Source: Raillietiella orientalis
Lineage: Eukaryota
DNA: 64,000 nt
Assembly: GCA_036172245.1 (NCBI GenBank)
Contig: JAYWIR010000015.1
Coordinates: 2,418,001 to 2,482,000, forward strand
Direction: 5' to 3'
Shown: piece after piece, positions 61,521 to 64,000 of the stretch
Layout: every line of letters begins with the position of its first letter
How positions within the stretch are numbered: position 1 is the first letter of the stretch
Program-made: the position numbers and the translations under genes
The notes under the pieces: generated by a model
Database searches by the model: none
The model's input: only the letters and a program-made list of their open reading frames with translations
Told to the model about the DNA's origin: nothing

Positions 61521-64000
61521 GGCGTTGATTGTAAGCCCAGTTCAGACAATTAGACAACTGAATTCTGCGAACTGAAAAACAGGTCCTCGCAGATATGAAT
61601 GAATGCGACAATTCTCTCGCTCGAATCACATGTGTTAATGATGCACAACTATACCTCAAACACTCCACTGAACAAACAAACCAAGGGTTTTTACTTCACG
61701 TACACACTTGGTACTTTCCCAACTTATATTACTCTACAATTGATAACACAGTAAAACAGATTCAAATACTTGCTCAATTCTATACGAGCTTAATCAAAAC
61801 TACTAAATTCCTACAACATGCTGACTCGACATTGCATACGCTGTAACTGGAGATTTACAAAAATAATGGGATTCTCAAATGCTAAGAACTCACAACTATG
61901 AATGGAACAGATCTTGAAAACGTTTAAAACATTGGTTCCATACCTTGGAAAATTATTTATACCTCAAAAACATAAAATGATAACGTAATGATATATATGT
62001 ACGTATGTCAGTCTAAGAAATATTTCTGGATAACAATCCATCCACTGACGCAAGATGACGATTAATTTCAAGTTGTAAACACAATGTACATGTATACAAA
62101 AAAAAAAACAAGCATCAAAAATTGTTCGCCCTGAATTGGTTAAGTAAAGAAAAACCTTTAAAGCGAATGTACCACGGGATACAAATTTTCTTTCGACAGT
62201 TTGCGATTTAGATTCTTGAAGGAATAGACAAGTATCATTAGAGTACTAGTAAGCATAGCAAAATAATTATTTTCTAACGTAGCAATAAAACAAAACCAGA
62301 TAAACTAATCTAAAATTCACATTTCCACCTGAAATTATTTCATTTGAAAATTAGGTTTTTCACGCCCACACTTTTAATATTACTTTCCGAGAATTTTTCA
62401 AAAGTTTATGGAAATTAAAAGCTTTTTTATGGAAGTTAAAAAAGCTACTTCCCTCAGGAAAAGTTGAATTTTAATCTGAGGTGATATCTCAAATGAAATA
62501 AGGAAAACAGCATAGCTGTTGGAGTCTGTTGTCATAACATTAATCAGAATTCTTATATGCTTTCAGGAGAACAAGACGGGAACTTTCATTCATACGAAAG
62601 GTTCTTAAGCAACTATTTCACAATCAATGAGAGCAACTCAGAAACATAAATAAACACCCAAATTGCATTCATAAACGCTAAATACTAATCATAAAATACA
62701 TACATCCCGTAGCAACTGATACAAAATATTGCGTGGTATTAGATCCAGTAAATACAAATAACACTTGAAAATGTGATTTGTATGATCGTTTTAATCTGCG
62801 ATTCATTTTAATTTAAAGCTTCGAATACGAAAAAGAAACCATATTTCCTTTTACGATCTGTTTTTCATCATTTCAGGTAACTTTATTTTTGGTATGCGTT
62901 AATTATATTGATACTTTTGTGTGATATAAGACTGGTGCGACTCGATGTCGATTTCAATGTTCATTAACTCTATCTAAAATAAGAACATGGCAATTTCCGC
63001 TGTTTTAATAATTAAAGGTGTGATCGCGTGAATTTCTCTAATTCTGACATAATAAACAAACAGGCATCAGAGAACTAGGCAATGCAGTATTTTTGAAGCA
63101 TTGCCGGGTATTAGAACTGAATAATTATAACGGACAAGTTCACTTCACAAGAAGAACCAAAACTTCATTCTACTGATTGCTTCTTAATTTTTTCCCTTTA
63201 ATACTTTATGTATTTATCAGACAGAATAAATTCAAGACTTTGTTAACCAAAATAAACGTATGATTGAGATCAGAAGGGGCAACACTTCAAGTACTTACCA
63301 AAATAATAGGTTACTCTCATTGATACGATAAGTAACAATCTGAATCCTATAGTGTAATTTAGATGTTTTCATTCTAGTTCTAATGCTATTATAGATTATA
63401 ATAAACCTTGGAAATATTGTTCAAGTATAAAAAATACATCTGGAGAGCATGAAATAGCATTCATGATTAATGTGTTTACAGAGGGAAAGGTAAGCAGACT
63501 GCATTGATTATCGCAGCATTCGGGTTTTAACATAAAAAAGGCTCTAATATTTAAAAGTTCCTGATGTAAAAATACTCGAGATTCTAGCGTTCATTCTGAA
63601 AACATATGATCATGGAGAAATCTATTGTCATCCTACGAAAAATCTCTAATCCACGGAAATGCAGTTTCATAAATTCCTGTCTACTCGAGTTCAGTATATC
63701 TTATGTCATATTTCTTCACTGACGAACGGAATTGTTGTACTCATGCCTACAATATTCCAGTTTACAAGACAGATTCTATTTCAATGAGGAAAAATGGAAA
63801 AATTGGTTTCAGGAAAAAATTATCCAAAATGATAGCCATTAACATTTGTATCCTAGGGATATTACCAGATGAATGATCTCCTAGAATCCTCATACGGCAA
63901 CTGACAGTGACCGAATGATGCAAAGTAAAAACACAGGACTTTGAGACATCATCTTTGCGCAGAAAATTGAGCTCATTACGAAAGATACATAGAATTCCTT

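Overview
Eukaryotic, arthropod-like genomic DNA; I cannot name the species. Three intron-containing genes can be reconstructed with GT-AG junctions whose phases all join in frame. (1) A 410-aa rhodopsin-class neuropeptide receptor of the PRXamide (CAPA/pyrokinin/neuromedin-U) family on the + strand: 4 coding exons, 18608-35351. (2) Complex I subunit NDUFA13/GRIM-19 on the - strand: 151 aa, 4 exons, 44908-48891. (3) A Tsp96F/CD9-like tetraspanin on the - strand: 266 aa, 5 exons, 59573-61520. The window has two compositional domains. About 2.7-40.3 kb is GC-rich, CpG-rich and full of GA/CT tracts, and holds the receptor with kb-sized introns. Beyond about 45 kb it is AT-rich and holds compact genes with introns as short as 46-53 nt. 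Most ORFs in the supplied track are artefacts of the GC-rich domain. I found no CRISPR array, rRNA, intact tRNA or recognisable transposase/reverse transcriptase, and no convincingly new biological system. The best leads are a ~2 kb long-inverted-repeat element with a symmetric 12-bp flanking direct repeat (MULE/foldback-like), a series of RFX X-box-like motifs across the receptor locus, a tRNA-headed SINE-like insert, and a possible signal-peptide-like N-terminal extension of the receptor. All identities rest on recalled motifs, not database searches.
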